Assembly: GCF_030144855.1 (NCBI RefSeq)
Contig: NC_082712.1
Coordinates: 10,354,001-10,418,000, forward strand
DNA: 64,000 nt
From: Hypanus sabinus
Lineage: Eukaryota
Reading direction: 5' to 3'
Part shown: piece by piece, positions 1-12,591 of the stretch
Position numbering within the stretch: the first letter of the stretch is position 1
How the letters are laid out: every line of letters begins with the position of its first letter
Notes under the pieces: generated by a model
The model's input: the letters and a program-made list of their open reading frames with translations, nothing else
Told to the model about the DNA's origin: nothing
Databases searched by the model: none
Translations under genes and position numbers: made by a program

Positions 1-279
1 CTCACGATTATATCTGTGTGCTGGGCACAGGGCAGGCCAACCCAGATGTTAATCAGAACCTGAAGATGCTGACTCTCTCTGTCTCTGACTCACCGATACG
101 AACAGATACATAGTCTCCTGTCTTTCGCTTTCCAAACTCAATGATCAGTTCCATGGATTTGCAGACATTGAGTGAGAGGTTATTATCATGGTACTGTACC
201 ACTCAACCAGGTGTCCTCCCTCACTCCTCTCCTCTGGAAGCTGATCCATCCCCATCTGTGATTTGTTTTTTTCTCTCCC

Positions 280-3200
280 TCTTACTGTACCATTAAATGG
301 CTATGGTGTGTTCTTCGCACCAGATGATGGAGAACTGGGAGACACAGAGTCTCCCGGGGAACCACATCTGCGTTAACTGCATCCGGCTGCAGCTCCTCGA
401 AAACTGTGTTAGGGATCTGGAGCAGCAACTGGATGACCTTCGGCTTGTACGGGAGAGTGAGAAAATAATTGATCAAAGTTACAGGGAAGTAGTCACCCTG
501 AAGTTGCAGGAAGAGAGTAGCTGGGAAAAATGGAAATAGGCAATTAGAGCAGAGCACCCCTGTGGCCATTCCCTTTAAAAACAGACCGCTTTAAATACTG
601 CCGTGGGGAATAATGTCCTGGGAGAATACCATGGCGACTGGGTTACAAGCACTGAACTTGGGTCAGTGGTGCTGAAGGGAAAGAGAGAGAAGAAAGGAGC
701 AGTAGTGATAGGGGACACAATAGTGAGGGGAACAGACAGGAGATTCTGTGGATGTGAATGGGACACCGAGATGGTATGTTGCCTCCCAGGTGCCATGGTC
801 AGGGATGTGTCAGATTACATCCACAACATTTTGGAGAGCGAGGGAAAGCAGTCAGATGTCTTGGTATATATTGGTACCAATGACTTAGGAAGGAAAAGCA
901 ATGAGGTCCTGAAAAGAGAATTTAGAGAGCTAGTTAGAAGGCTGAGAAGCAGGAACTCCCCAGTGGTAATGTCTGGATTGCTGCCTGTATCACACAGCAG
1001 TGAAGGTAGAAAAAGGATGATTTGGCAGATTAATGTGTGGCTGAGAAACTGGTGCAGGGAGCAGGGCTTCAGGTACTTGGATCTCTTCTGGAGGAGGTAT
1101 GATCTGTTCAAAAGTGACTGGTTACACCTGAACCCGGGGTCCAATATTCTCGAGAGCTGTTGGGGAGGGTTTAAGCTAATTTGGCAGTGGGGTGGGAACC
1201 AGAGTGGAGACACTCAGGATAGGACAAATAGTAAAAAAGTAAAGATAGCGTGCAGTCAGATTGTCAGGAAGGGCAGGCAGGTGGTGGGACTTAGTTGCAG
1301 CCACCAGGCTGTGTATCAGAACATTAGGGAAGCACAATCAGAAAGGATAGCAAATACAGTACTTGAGGTGTTGTATCTAAATGTGCGTAGTATAAGAAAT
1401 AAGGTGGATTATCTTGTTGCAGTATTGGGGGATCAGCTATACTAGGCTGGGTGTTATGTAATAAACCAGAAGTGATTAAGGAGCTTAAGGTAAAAGGACC
1501 CTAAGAAACTAGTGATCACAATATGATTGAGGTCAACTTATCTGATAGGGAGAGAGTAAAGTCTGATGTAGCAGTATTTCAGTGGAGTATAGGAAATTAC
1601 AGTGGTATGAGAGAGGAGTTGGCCAAAGTAAATTGGAAGGAGCTGCTTGCAGGGATGTCAGCAAAACAGCAAAGGCATGCGTTTCTGGGAAAAATGAGGA
1701 AGATGCAGGACATGTGTATTCCAGAAATGAAGAAATACTCAAATGGTAAAGTAGTACAACCGTGGCTGACAAGGGAAGTCAATGCTATTGTAAAAGCAAA
1801 AGAATGGACATACAACAAAGCAAAAATTAGTGGGAAATTAGAGGATCAGGAAGTTTTTAAAAACCTGTAGAGAACTAAAAGAAATTATTAGAAGGGAAAA
1901 TATGAAATATGAAAGCAAGCTAGCAAATAATATCAAAGTGAATAGTAGAAGTTTTTTCAATAATGTTAAAAATAAGAGAGAAATGAGAATGGATATAGAA
2001 TCACTAGAAAATGAGACAGGAGAAATAATAACAGGGGACAAGGAGATGGTTGATGAACTAAATGAGTATCTTGCATCAGTCTTCACTGTGGAAGACACTA
2101 GCAGTATTCCTGATGTTGTAGTGTGTGAAGGAAGAGAAGTTAGTGCAGTTACTATTACAAGAGAGAAGGTGCTCGAAAAGCTGAAAGACCTAAACATAGA
2201 AAACATACAGCACAATACAATGTCGAACATGTACTTACATTAGAAATTACCTCAGGTTACCCATATCCCTCTATTTTTCAAAGCTCCATGTACCTATCCA
2301 GGAGTCTTTTAAAAGACCCTATTGTATCTACCTCCACCACCATCACCGGCAGCCTATTCCACACACTCACCACTTTCTACATAAAAAACTTATCTCTGAC
2401 ATCGCCTTTGTACCTACATCCAAGCACCTTAAAACTGAGTCCTAAAGGTACATAAGTCACCCAGACTAGATGAAATGCACCCAAGGGTTCTGAAACAGGT
2501 AATGTAAGAGATTGTGGTGGCATTAGAAATGATCTTTCAAAAATCATTGGACTCTGGCATAGTGCCAGAGAACTGGAAAATTGCAAATGTCACTTTACTC
2601 TTTAAGAATGAAGGAAAACAGCAGAAAGGAAATTACAGATCAGTTAGCCTGACCTCAGTGGTTGGGAAGATGTTAGATTTAATTGTCATGGATGAGGTGA
2701 TGGAGTACTTGGTGACATAGGGCTAGATAATGCAGAGTTAGTATATTTTTCTTCAGGGAACACCTGCCTGATGAAGCTGTTGGAATTCTTTGAGGAGATT
2801 ACAAGTAGGACAGATAAAGGAGATGTTGTATATTTGGACTTTTAGAAGGCCTTTGACAAGGTGGCACATGTGAGGTTGCTTGCCATTTAGAGCCCATGGT
2901 GTTACAGGAAAGTTACTAATATGGTTAGAGCATTGGCTGATTGGTAGGAGGCAGAGAATGAAAATAACAGGATCCTTTTCTGGTTGGCTGCCAGTGACTA
3001 GTGGTGTTTCACAGGGGTCGGTGTTGGGACCACTTCTTTTTATGCTGTATATAGATATTTAGATGATAGAATAAAAAGGTTTGTTGGCAAAGATAGATGA
3101 TACGAAGATTGATGGAGGTGCAGGTAGTGTTGAGGAAACAGGTCGGATGGAGAAGGACTTAGACAGATTAGGAGAATGGGCAAGAAGGAGGCAAATGAAA

Positions 3201-3963
3201 ATCAATGTTGGAAAATGCATGGTCATGCACTTTGGTAGTAGAAATAAATGTGCAGACTATTTTCTAAATGGGGAGAAAATCCAAAAATATGAGATGCAGA
3301 AGGACTTGGGAGTCTTTGTGCAGAACACACTGAAGGTTAACTTGCAGGTTCAGATGGTGCTGAGGAAGGCAAATACCATGTTAGCATTCATTTCAAAAAG
3401 TATAGAATACAGGAGCAAGGATGTGATGGTGAGGCTTTATAAGGTACTGGAAAAGCATCACCTTGAGTATTGTGAACAGTTTTGGGCTGCTTATCTTGGA
3501 AAAGATGTGCTGGCATTGGAGAAGGTCCAGAGGAAGTTCTAAAGGATGATTCCAGGAATTAAAAAGTTATCATACAAGGAATATTTGATGGTATGCTGTA
3601 ATTCAGAAGAATGAGCAGGGATCTCATTGAAATCTGTCAAATGTTGAAAGGCCTAGACAGAGTAGATGTGGAAGGAGTGTTTCCCATGGCAGGACAGCCT
3701 CAGGATAGAGGGGCGCCCTTTCAAAACAGATGTGGAGAAATTTCTTTAGCCGAAGGGTGGTGAATTTGTTACCACATGCAGCTGTGGAGGTTTGGTCATT
3801 GGGTGTACTTAAGGCAGAGATTGATCTCTTAATTGGACATGGCATGAAGGCCGGAAACTGGGGTTGAGGCGGGGGGACAAAAAGGATCAGCCATGATTGA
3901 ATGGCGGAGCGGACTTGATGACCAGATGGCCTAATTCTGCTCTTATGTCTTATGGTCTTATGG
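280..3963 (+). mobile_element. CR1 LINE, near full length, decayed (ORF1 zinc finger + SGNH esterase; ORF2 endonuclease mostly deleted; RT)
   Basis: ORFs 297-539 (CxxC..HICxxC, leucine zipper), 603-1445 (VIGDTIVRG..IGTND), RT pieces 1902-3542 (NYRSVSLTS, SQGSVLGPLLF); (TCTTATGG)n tail. A reversed CR1 3' fragment is inserted at 2195-2440 with a CCTAAA duplication. Confidence 0.92.
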
Positions 3964-4437
3964 TGATTCAGTCAACAGCGGTGAACTTTGTTGGTAAATT
4001 TGTAAATGGTGGTGGAGCTGTGCTTAGCCACACAGTAGTTGGTTAATGGAGAAAAGAGCAGGGGTCTAAGCAGTCAGCCTGACTGCACCTGTACTGATTG
4101 TCAGAGAGGAGGAGATGATGTTCCTGATCTGCCAGTGACGAGGCAGAAGGACGTGTAAGAGAGATCCAGGTGTTGGCCCTTGGTGATGAGTTTAGAACTG
4201 TAGTCGATGAACAGTATGAGCTCCTGTTGTCCAGAGGGCCCAGTGGAGAATGGAGAGCCAGAGAAATCACATCTGCTGTTGACATGTTGTTGTAAAAGGC
4301 AAACTGGAGGGGGTCCAGGTAACTTCTGAGGCGGGAGTTAACTTGCGTCACAGCCAACCCTGGGAAGCATTCCATTACACTACATGAAGTTGTTGACCTG
4401 CCACACCACAGATTCAATAGCTTGTTGCCTGATGCAC
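3964..4437 (-). mobile_element. Rex1/Babar-clade LINE RT fragment
   Basis: Minus strand encodes LDPLQFAFYNNMSTADVISLALHS and the downstream RT-like segment, degenerate. Confidence 0.7.
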
Positions 4438-7400
4438 TGTCATATGGGGGGCATTCAGAGTGGACCCAATTGCAAGACACAGACACTGAACTACCAGGAA
4501 CAAGACTAGGCATGAGAAGGAAGCAAGGGAAGTGAGGAAGAAAGGACGTTGGACATGACACAGGCCCCGGACGAGACAAGGATTCTGGGCCTGGGCAAGG
4601 ACTTGACAAGGATAGTGGAACCAGGACATGGAACTGGGAACTAGGAGCCTGGGCTTGGACTATGAGCCAGAGACTGGGCAAGGACCCAGAACCTGGGTCT
4701 TGACTTGGGCTTAAAGTGGGGCCTGGACAAGGGCTAGACGAGGCTAGGGTTCTTCGAGGTTTGGGTCTGGATTTGGAGCCAGAGACTGGGCAAGGACCCA
4801 GAACCTGGGTCTTGACTCAGGCTCAAACTCCAGAACCAGGCAAGGAGAAGACGTGGCTATAAGATGAGGAGAGACAACAGGACTGGACGGGAGACTCCAG
4901 GACAGAACAAGGGAACCCCAGCACAAGATGGGAGAATCCCAGCACCAGGCTGGGCGAGGCATGTGGACAAGATGAGAACACAAAGCCACGGCTTGGACAG
5001 GACAAGGTTCTTGGACGTGGCTAGGACTGGACAAGACCCCGAAGCCTTGATGTGGTCAAGGAAGAGACAGGAATGAAGAGCCTTAGTCGAGGGAGAGACA
5101 GAATGCAGAGCTTTGGTCGAGGGAGAGACAGGAACATGGAATACAGAGCTGGGACCTCTCCTTGGGTACAGGTCATAGGGCTGGGACTCATTGCACAGAA
5201 TGCAGAATACGACGAGATGGCTCACAACACAAGGTAGTGGCAGACGGCTGGACCTACCTAGTGAAGGCATGGACACAGAGACAGTTCAAAACAACAAAAG
5301 AAAGTTCCTTATCATGCTCCAGTGGTAGAACTAGACAGCCGTGCAGGCGAGGCTCCAGGAGGAAGGTGAAGGGAAGGGATACAGACAGGGGGTTTGGACA
5401 GGATCAATCCAGCAGCCAGAGGCTGAATCCTGAAGCTATTTATGAAGCCAGCCCAAACGAGAATAAGCTGCCTCAACAGAAACTGGGGATACCTGGAAAA
5501 CCTGGAATAAGAAGCATGGACCGGATCATGAACAGAAATGCAAATTTCTCAGACCAGACCATGACAGTACCCCCCCCCCCCGCAACTCTATGGGAGCCTC
5601 CTGGTGACCCAAAAAGCTTCCCCAGACTAAGGATGACACAGGCAGATGCAGGGGGTCATTCAACAGGAGAGAACCCAGGATGCAAGAGTTAAACGACAGT
5701 GTTTGTGTTGCTGGGTCCAAGTCTGGCTGGATTGTTCTGTCATATGGGGGGAGGCGTTCAGAGTGGACCCAAATGTAAGACACAGACACGGAACTACCAG
5801 GAACAGGACTGGTAGTGAGAAGGAAGCAAGGGAAGTGAGGAAGAAAGGATGCTGGACATGACACAGACCCTGGACAAGGCAAGGATTCCGGGCCTGGGCT
5901 AGGACTGAACTAGAATAGCAGAACCAGGACATGGAACTGGGGACTAGGAGCCTGGCTTGGACTCCGAGCCAGAGACTGGACAAGGACCCAAAACCTGGTT
6001 CTTGACTCGGGCTCCAGAACCAAGCAAGGACAAGACATGGCTGCAGGATGAGGAGAGGCATCAGGACTGGATGAGAGACTCCAGGACAGGACAAAGGAAC
6101 CCCAGCACAGGACGAGGGAATCCCAGCACCGGGCTGGGCAATGTACTCATGGACTGGGTGATGCACATGGTCAAGATGAGAACACAAAGCCATGGCTTGG
6201 ACAGGACAAGGCTGGGTGGGTTCCAGTGATGTCATCGTCGAGAATGGCAGCTTAAGTCCTCCAGAAAAATGCACATTAAGCCTCATTAACCCATCAAATA
6301 TAGTACTTTTCAAAAGTATTTGAACTGATAAGAGGGGCAAGAATGGGGAAAAAGAATGGAAATTAAAAAAGTGACACTGCAGAGCCTGTGGCTGAGAAGA
6401 GTGCAGCAAGCGGCTCTCCTACCTGACCATGTGCTAGCGAGGCGGACGCTGGGCCTCGATCAGGCGAAGCAGCAAATATGATCGCAATTTTGAAAGAGAT
6501 AAGGGAGTTCCAGAAAGATATAAAACAGCAGCTACAAGATATTAAGTCAGAGCTCGCCAACGTCAATCAAAAAATAGTGGTGGCAGAGACTCGAATTGAG
6601 AAGGTGGAAGATCGCATTCAAAACATGGAACGGATACTAAGTAAGACAATAAAAGTATTAAATCAACAAGAAGGTAAGCTGCTTGACCTGGAGGGAAGAT
6701 CACGGCGGAAAAATATCAGAATATACAACGTTCCCGCAGGTGCAGAGGACTTGTCTATGACGGAGTTTATTGAAAAGTTGCTGCAGGATGTGCTAGAGCT
6801 TCCTTTGACTATGGAGCTGGAAATTGAGAGAGCACATCGTGCACTCATCCCGAAGCCTACCCGAGATAAGTCACGCTCAAAAATAATTAAATTCCTTCAA
6901 TACAGTACCAAGGTGGGTACTGAGAGGGTGTAATGAAATATCTTATCAAGTTTTTCCATCCAAACTCCCTCCATTTCTGTGAACTGGTATACTTCCATTG
7001 ATACCTCCATATTGTTGTCCATTCTTCCTCAGATATAATTTGGATGGAAAAGCTTGATAAGATATTTTATTACACCCTCTCAGAAATCCCATTATGATAG
7101 TAACCTCCCTGTTTGCTGGAGAAATTGTGGAAATCAAAATGCAAATCATTATCATATTTTTTGGGACTGCCCTGTTATCAAAAACTATTGGAGGGGGATA
7201 CACAATGCCCTACAAGACATCTTTAAATGTGAAATACCTTTAGAGATTAAAACCATATATTTTGGATATATACCTAAAGAATGGTTGAAAAGAGGTAAAT
7301 ATTTAATGAATATACTGTTGGTGGCTGATAAAAAGACTTTTACTAGGAAATGGTTATCACAGGAGAGCCCAACTTTAAATGCATGGATGGAAATTACAAT

Positions 7401-8411
7401 GGATATTTACAAAATGGAGAAGGTAAAAGCATCTGTTAATCATAAGCTGGAACAATTTGATTCATACTGGGAAAAATGGTTTAACTACATAATGCCTCAC
7501 AGGCCTGATTTTATTCTCACAAATCAATGAATCTGTTGTAAAAAAAATCACTCCCTACTTGTACATCGTTTTTTTTCCTTTTGCTTGTTTTTTCTCTCCC
7601 CTCTTTTCTGTAAGTGGATACCTCAGATAAATACTATGTGGAGATGTGTGATATATATGATTATATCATATATATGTAGAGTGTCTGAAATACATCTTAT
7701 GGAAATGCTTGTTTGATGATGAACTTCAATAAAAAAATAAAGTACAAAAAAAGGACAGGACAAGGTTCTTGGATGTGGCTAGGACTGGACAAGACCCTGA
7801 AGCCTTGACTTGGTCGAGGGAGAGACAGGAACACAGAGTCTTGGTTGAGGGAGAGACAGGAACGCAGAGCCTTGGTCGAACATGGAATACAGAGCTAGGG
7901 CCCCTCCTTGGGTACAGGACATAGGGCCAGGACTCATTACACAGAATGCAAAATACAATGAGACGGTTCCCAACACAAGGTGGCAGCAAATGGCCAGACC
8001 TACCTAGCCAAGGTGTGAACACAGACAGTTCCCAACACTAGGTAGTGGCAAACAGCCAGACCTACCTAGCAAAGGCATGGACACAGAGATAGTTCAAAAC
8101 AACAAAAGGCAGTTCCTTATCTTGCTCCAGTGGTAGAACTAGACAGCGGTGAAGGCAAGGCAAGGTGAGGCTCCAGGCAAGACGAGGCAAAGCAAGGCTC
8201 CAGGCAGAAGGTGATGGGAAGGGCTACAGACAGGGGGGTTGGACAGGAACAATCCAGCAGCCAGAGGCTGAATCCTGAAGCTATTTATGAAGCGAGCCCA
8301 AACGAGAATCAGCTGCCTCAACAGAAACTGAGGAAACCCAGAAAACCTGGAATAAGGAGCATGGACTGGACCGTGAACTGGAATATGGATTTCATGGACC
8401 GGACCATGACA
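4438..8411 (-). mobile_element. Non-autonomous Ty3/Gypsy-type LTR element with two LTRs and a 171-bp interior
   Basis: 5' LTR 5738-8411 (interrupted by an L1; about 1120 bp native) and 3' LTR 4438-5566, both TGTCAT...ATGACA. 5-bp TSD TGCAC (4433-4437 / 8412-8416); G-run PPT at 5567-5582; PBS at 5726-5737. Confidence 0.9.
6212..7752 (+). mobile_element. Internally deleted L1/Tx1 element nested in the 5' LTR
   Basis: ORF1 6478-6919 (coiled coil, LEGRSRRKNIRI, EIERAHR), ORF2 C-terminus 7054-7530 (CWRNC..HIFWDC), A-rich tail, 13-bp TSD GGACAGGACAAGG (6199-6211 / 7753-7765). Confidence 0.92.
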
Positions 8412-8449
8412 TGCACTGGTATCAGGGGAGACGTTGGTTTGGGACGGGA

Positions 8450-9250
8450 GATGGTCATGCACTTTGGTGGAAGAAATAAAGGGGCAGACTATTATTTAGA
8501 TGGTGAGAGAATATGAAAAATGCAGAGATGCAAAGGGGCTTGGGTGTCCTTGTGCAGGATACCCTAAAGGTTAACCTCCAGCTTGAGTCAGTGGTGAAGA
8601 AGGTGAATGTAATATTAGCATTCATTTCTAGAGGTATGAAGTATAAGAGCAGGGATTTGATGTTGAGGCTAGATAAGGCACTTGTGAGACCACACTTGAA
8701 GTACTGTGTGCAGTTTGGGCTCCTTATTTTAGAAAGGATATACAGACATTGGAGAGGTTTCAGAGAAAATTCACACGAATGATTCCAGGAATGAAAGGGT
8801 TACCATATGAGGAATGTCTGGTAGCTATTGGGCTGTATTCCCTGGAGTTCAGGAGAATGATGGGATATCTCATAGAAACATTCTGAATGTTAAAAGACAT
8901 GAACAGACGAGATATGGTCAAGTTATTTTCCATGGTAGGGGAGGCTAGAGCAAGAGGGCACTACTTCAGGATTGAAAGAGGTCCATTTAGAACAGAGATG
9001 CAGAGAAATTTAGTCAGAGGGTGGTAAGTCTGTGGAATTTGTTGCCATGAGTGGCTGTGGAGGCCAAGTCATTGGGTGCATTTAAGGCAGAGATAGATAG
9101 GCTGTTGATTAGCCAGGGCATCAAAGGGTATGGGTTAAAGGCAGGGAAGTGGGGATGACTGGAAGAATTGGATCAGCCCATGATTGAATGGCAGAGCAGA
9201 CTCGATGGGCTGAATGGCCTACTTCTGCTTCTATATCTTATGGTCTTATA
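8450..9250 (+). mobile_element. CR1 3' fragment
   Basis: ORF 8513-8782 (GVLVQDTLKVN..LVRPHLKYCVQF) and CTTATGGTCTTA tail. Confidence 0.85.
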
Positions 9251-9251
9251 G

Positions 9252-9859
9252 TCATTACAGGATCCTGAAGCAGTTTAACTCACACTGGTTACTTACACTG
9301 GCACAATCAAGAGGCAAACATCATTCATCAAAATCTTGCTTTAAAATACAAACTCATATAAGACATCATACCTTACTATAAATACAAGCCTGGCCCAGTT
9401 TTAGAGTCAGTCCTACAAATTACATTCTGACCAATGCTTAATTACACAAAGAGACATGATATTAATCATCCAGATATGACATTTGAGAAAAAACATGTAA
9501 GAACAATTTACTTTAATAGATCTGTCCATTCCAAATACATGTAACATACAGAAATCAATAAGTGAAAAATACCAGAAATATGCTGAATTAACAGGGGAAG
9601 TTGAAAGACTATGGAACATGAACAGGGTATACATTGACCCAATAGTAATATTTACAACTGGTATCATCCCAAAGTCACTGCACAATACCATCAAACAGTT
9701 AACCCTACACAGTAATATCTATGTAAATCTTCAGAAAGCCACAATACTAAACACCACTAGAATAGTTCCTACCAGTTGTGAAATTAGTAGGCTTGGCTAT
9801 GCCTGCACCTCAGGTTTTGCCAGCTTGAGCTGAGAAAAAGTAAATATATAATAACAGTG

Positions 9860-9860
<1 letters not shown>
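9252..9860 (+). mobile_element. R4/Dong/Rex6-clade non-LTR element, 3' fragment with restriction-like endonuclease
   Basis: Degenerate translation: YLHWHNQEANIIHQNLALKY..PYYKYKPGPVLES..NHPDMT..LIDLSIPNTCNIQKSISEKYQKYAELTGEVERLWNMN..PIVIFTTGIIPKSL..LQKATILNTTRIV, i.e. zinc-knuckle tail plus PD..D..EKxxKY motif. Confidence 0.85.

Positions 9861-9893
<33 letters not shown>
9861..9893. repeat. (TAA)11 microsatellite
   Basis: Read directly from the sequence. Confidence 0.95.
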
Positions 9894-9894
<1 letters not shown>

Positions 9895-10315
9895 TGGTTT
9901 AGAGTGTGTGTTTCATACAAACAATGTTGTTCAAAGCACTTTGCAATCAGATAAAGTAAAAATCTAAAAGACAAAATAACGTTAATTAAAGCAAGGTTAA
10001 ATAAGTAGAAATTGAACTGGCGTTTAAAAGTGTCTGCTGAGTCTGCATCCCTTATAGTTTTAGGTACTGAATTCCTCAATTTAGGAGTAGAGTGAAATAA
10101 AGCTGATGTGCCAATTTTCTTTTGAGGGAGGTTGTTTAAATTTAAGATTCCGGCAGAAGAAGATTTGACAGTTCGAGCAGGATTATAAAACAAAGGTGAT
10201 ACTGTGATGTGCCCCGGTCCTTCCAGAAGACAAGTGATCAATCCTGTGACCCTGAGACTCGCCTTTTGCATGACCAGCAGGAGTGCAAGGACAATGTACA
10301 CGGATGCTGCCAGGT
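9894..10315 (-). mobile_element. L2-clade LINE 3' fragment
   Basis: ORF 9810-10301: YNPARTVKSSSAG..LRNSVPKTIRDADSADTFKRQ..LFNLA, the typical L2 ORF2 end; AAGTGCTTTG..(TTA)n tail. Confidence 0.75.
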
Positions 10316-10383
10316 CTTGAGGGCTTGAGGAGAGGCTAGGACTTTACTCCTTGCAACTTACAAGACTGTGGGGTGACCTTATA

Positions 10384-11460
10384 GAAACATAGAAAAACCT
10401 ACAGCACAGAACAAGCCCTACGGCCCACAAAGCTGTGCCAAACATGATCCTACCTTAGAACTACCTAGACTTACCCATAGCCCTCTATTTTACTAAGCTC
10501 CCTGTACCTATCCAGAAGTCTCTTAAAAGACCCTATCGTTTCTGCCTCCATCACTGCCGCTGGCAGCCCATTCCATGCACTCACCACTCTCTGTGTAAAA
10601 AAATTACCCCTGACATCTCCTCTGTACCTACTGCCAAGCACCTTAAAACTGTGTGCTCTCATGCTAGCCATTTCAGTCCTGGGAAAAAGCCTCTGACAAT
10701 CCACACAATCAATGCCTCTCACTATCTTGTACATCTCTATCAGGTCACCTCTCATCCTCCATCGCTCCAAAGAGAAAAGGCTGAGTTCACTCAACCTATT
10801 CTCATAAGGCATGCTCCCCAATCCAGGCAAATCCTTGTAAATCTCCTTAGCACCCTTTCTATGGTTTCCACATCCTTCCTGTAATGAGGTGAACAGAACT
10901 GAGCACAGTACTCCAAATGGTGTCTGACCAGTGTCCTCTATAGCTGCAACATTACCTCTCAGTTATTAAACTCATTCCCACGATTGATGAAGGCCAATAC
11001 ACCATACACCTTCTTAACCATAAAGTCAACTTGCAGAGTCAGCTTTGAGTGTCCTTTGGACTCAGAATACCTCTAATTCTCCACACTGCCAAGAGTCTTA
11101 CCATTAATGCTCTATTCTGCCATCATATTTGATCTACCAAAATGAACCACCTCACAATTATCTGGGTTGAACTTCATCTGCCACTTCTCAGCTCAGTTTT
11201 GCATCCTATCAATGTCCCGCTGTAACAGCTGACAGCCCTCCACGCTATCCACAACACCCCCAACCTTTGTGTCATCAGCAAACTTACTAACCCATCCCTC
11301 CACTTCCTCATCCAAGTCATTTATAAAACTCTGGAAGAGTAAAGGTCCCAGAACAGATCCCTGAGGCACACCACCGGTGATCGATTTCCATGCAGAACAT
11401 GACCAGTCTACAACCACACTTTGCCTTCTGTGGGCAAACCAGTTCTGGATCCACAAAGCA
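10384..11460 (-). mobile_element. CR1 3' fragment
   Basis: ORFs 11193-11456 (GVPQGSVLGPLLF, KFADDTK) and 10471-10830; TTCTATGT-type tail. Confidence 0.88.
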
Positions 11461-11747
11461 CCTTATCAAATTGTGGGCTGAAGTGCCTGTAATGTTCAGT
11501 AATGTTCCATGTTCAATGTTCTAAGTCCACTGTCCTTTGAAAGACTGAAGTTCGGCTTCCTATGTTCCCTCGAATCTCTCCAGGAACAAGTTTTCACATT
11601 GCATTTGAACTTACTGGGACCCATTCTTTGACTCAGTGGGGCTGACCCAGATTGCTTAATTTCAGGTTAAGATGGCCCTATTGAACATGTGCGACAGCCC
11701 TGTGGTAGTCAAACAGCTCAGAAATCCAACTAAAAACATCAATAAAT

Positions 11748-12591
11748 TTTCAGAAATGTTTCATATTTATCTCTTAAATTATAAGTAATTTTTTCTAATG
11801 GAATACAACCATAGATTTCTTTCTTCCAAGAGTCTATACTTAAATATGTATCCGATTTCCAAGTAACTGCAATAGCTTTTTTGGCTACTGCCAGTGCAAT
11901 TTTTATAAATTCTTTCTGGTATTTATTTAGTTTGAGTTTTGATTTTATCCCTTCAATATCACCTAATAAGAGTAATATTGGATTATGAGGAAATTGTGTT
12001 CCTGTAATTTGTTCCAATAAAAGTCTTAAATTTGTCCAAAAAGGTTGAATTTTAGAACAAGACCATGTAGAATGTAAAAAAGTACCAGTTTCCTGGTTAC
12101 ATCGGAAACACTGATCCGATAAGTTTGGATTTAATTTATTTATTTTTTGTGGTGTGATATATAATTGATGTAGAAAATTATACTTAACCGAACATTTATT
12201 GTATTTGTCATACTATCAAGACATAGTCTTGACCAATTTGTTTCTTCAATTTTAATATTCAAGTCACTTTCCCATTTTTGTCTTGACTTATGGACTCCTT
12301 GTTTAATTGCCTGTTTTTGAATCAAATTTGGAGCCCTTATTTACAAAAGACAGGATTAAATCTATAGATGTTCTGAAGATGAAACAATTGGTTATTTGGG
12401 GAAATAAATAAATATACGAGTTCCATGGAGCATGTGGAGATCTTCCAACAACCAGGCACTCTTTCTTTCTTTCTTTTCTATAGGGCAGTTAGGGGGGAAG
12501 GGTTAAGGGGAGGGGGCAGGGTTATATACATTTTTTTTCCATACTTCATTTTGTAACTACTTAAAAATGCAATAAAAAAAGTTTTCAAAAA
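11748..12591 (+). mobile_element. 5'-inverted L1/Tx1 insertion (inverted part 11748-~12326, sense part ~12324-12591)
   Basis: ORF2 C-terminus on minus (CFRC..HSTWSC; ..YETFLKI) continues on plus as IWSPYLQKTGLNL* (stop 12365-12367), then 3' UTR and poly(A). TSD AAAAACATCAATAAAT (11732-11747 / 12592-12607). Confidence 0.92.

Noticed and set aside
4043-6409. Long ORFs (212, 176 and 249 aa) as host genes
   Set aside because: They run through GC-skewed, internally repetitive LTR sequence, are repeated in both LTRs and show no recognisable domain.
11606-11690. Exon-like segment on minus (acceptor ccacAG, donor CCA|GTAAGT)
   Set aside because: Stop codons in all three frames.
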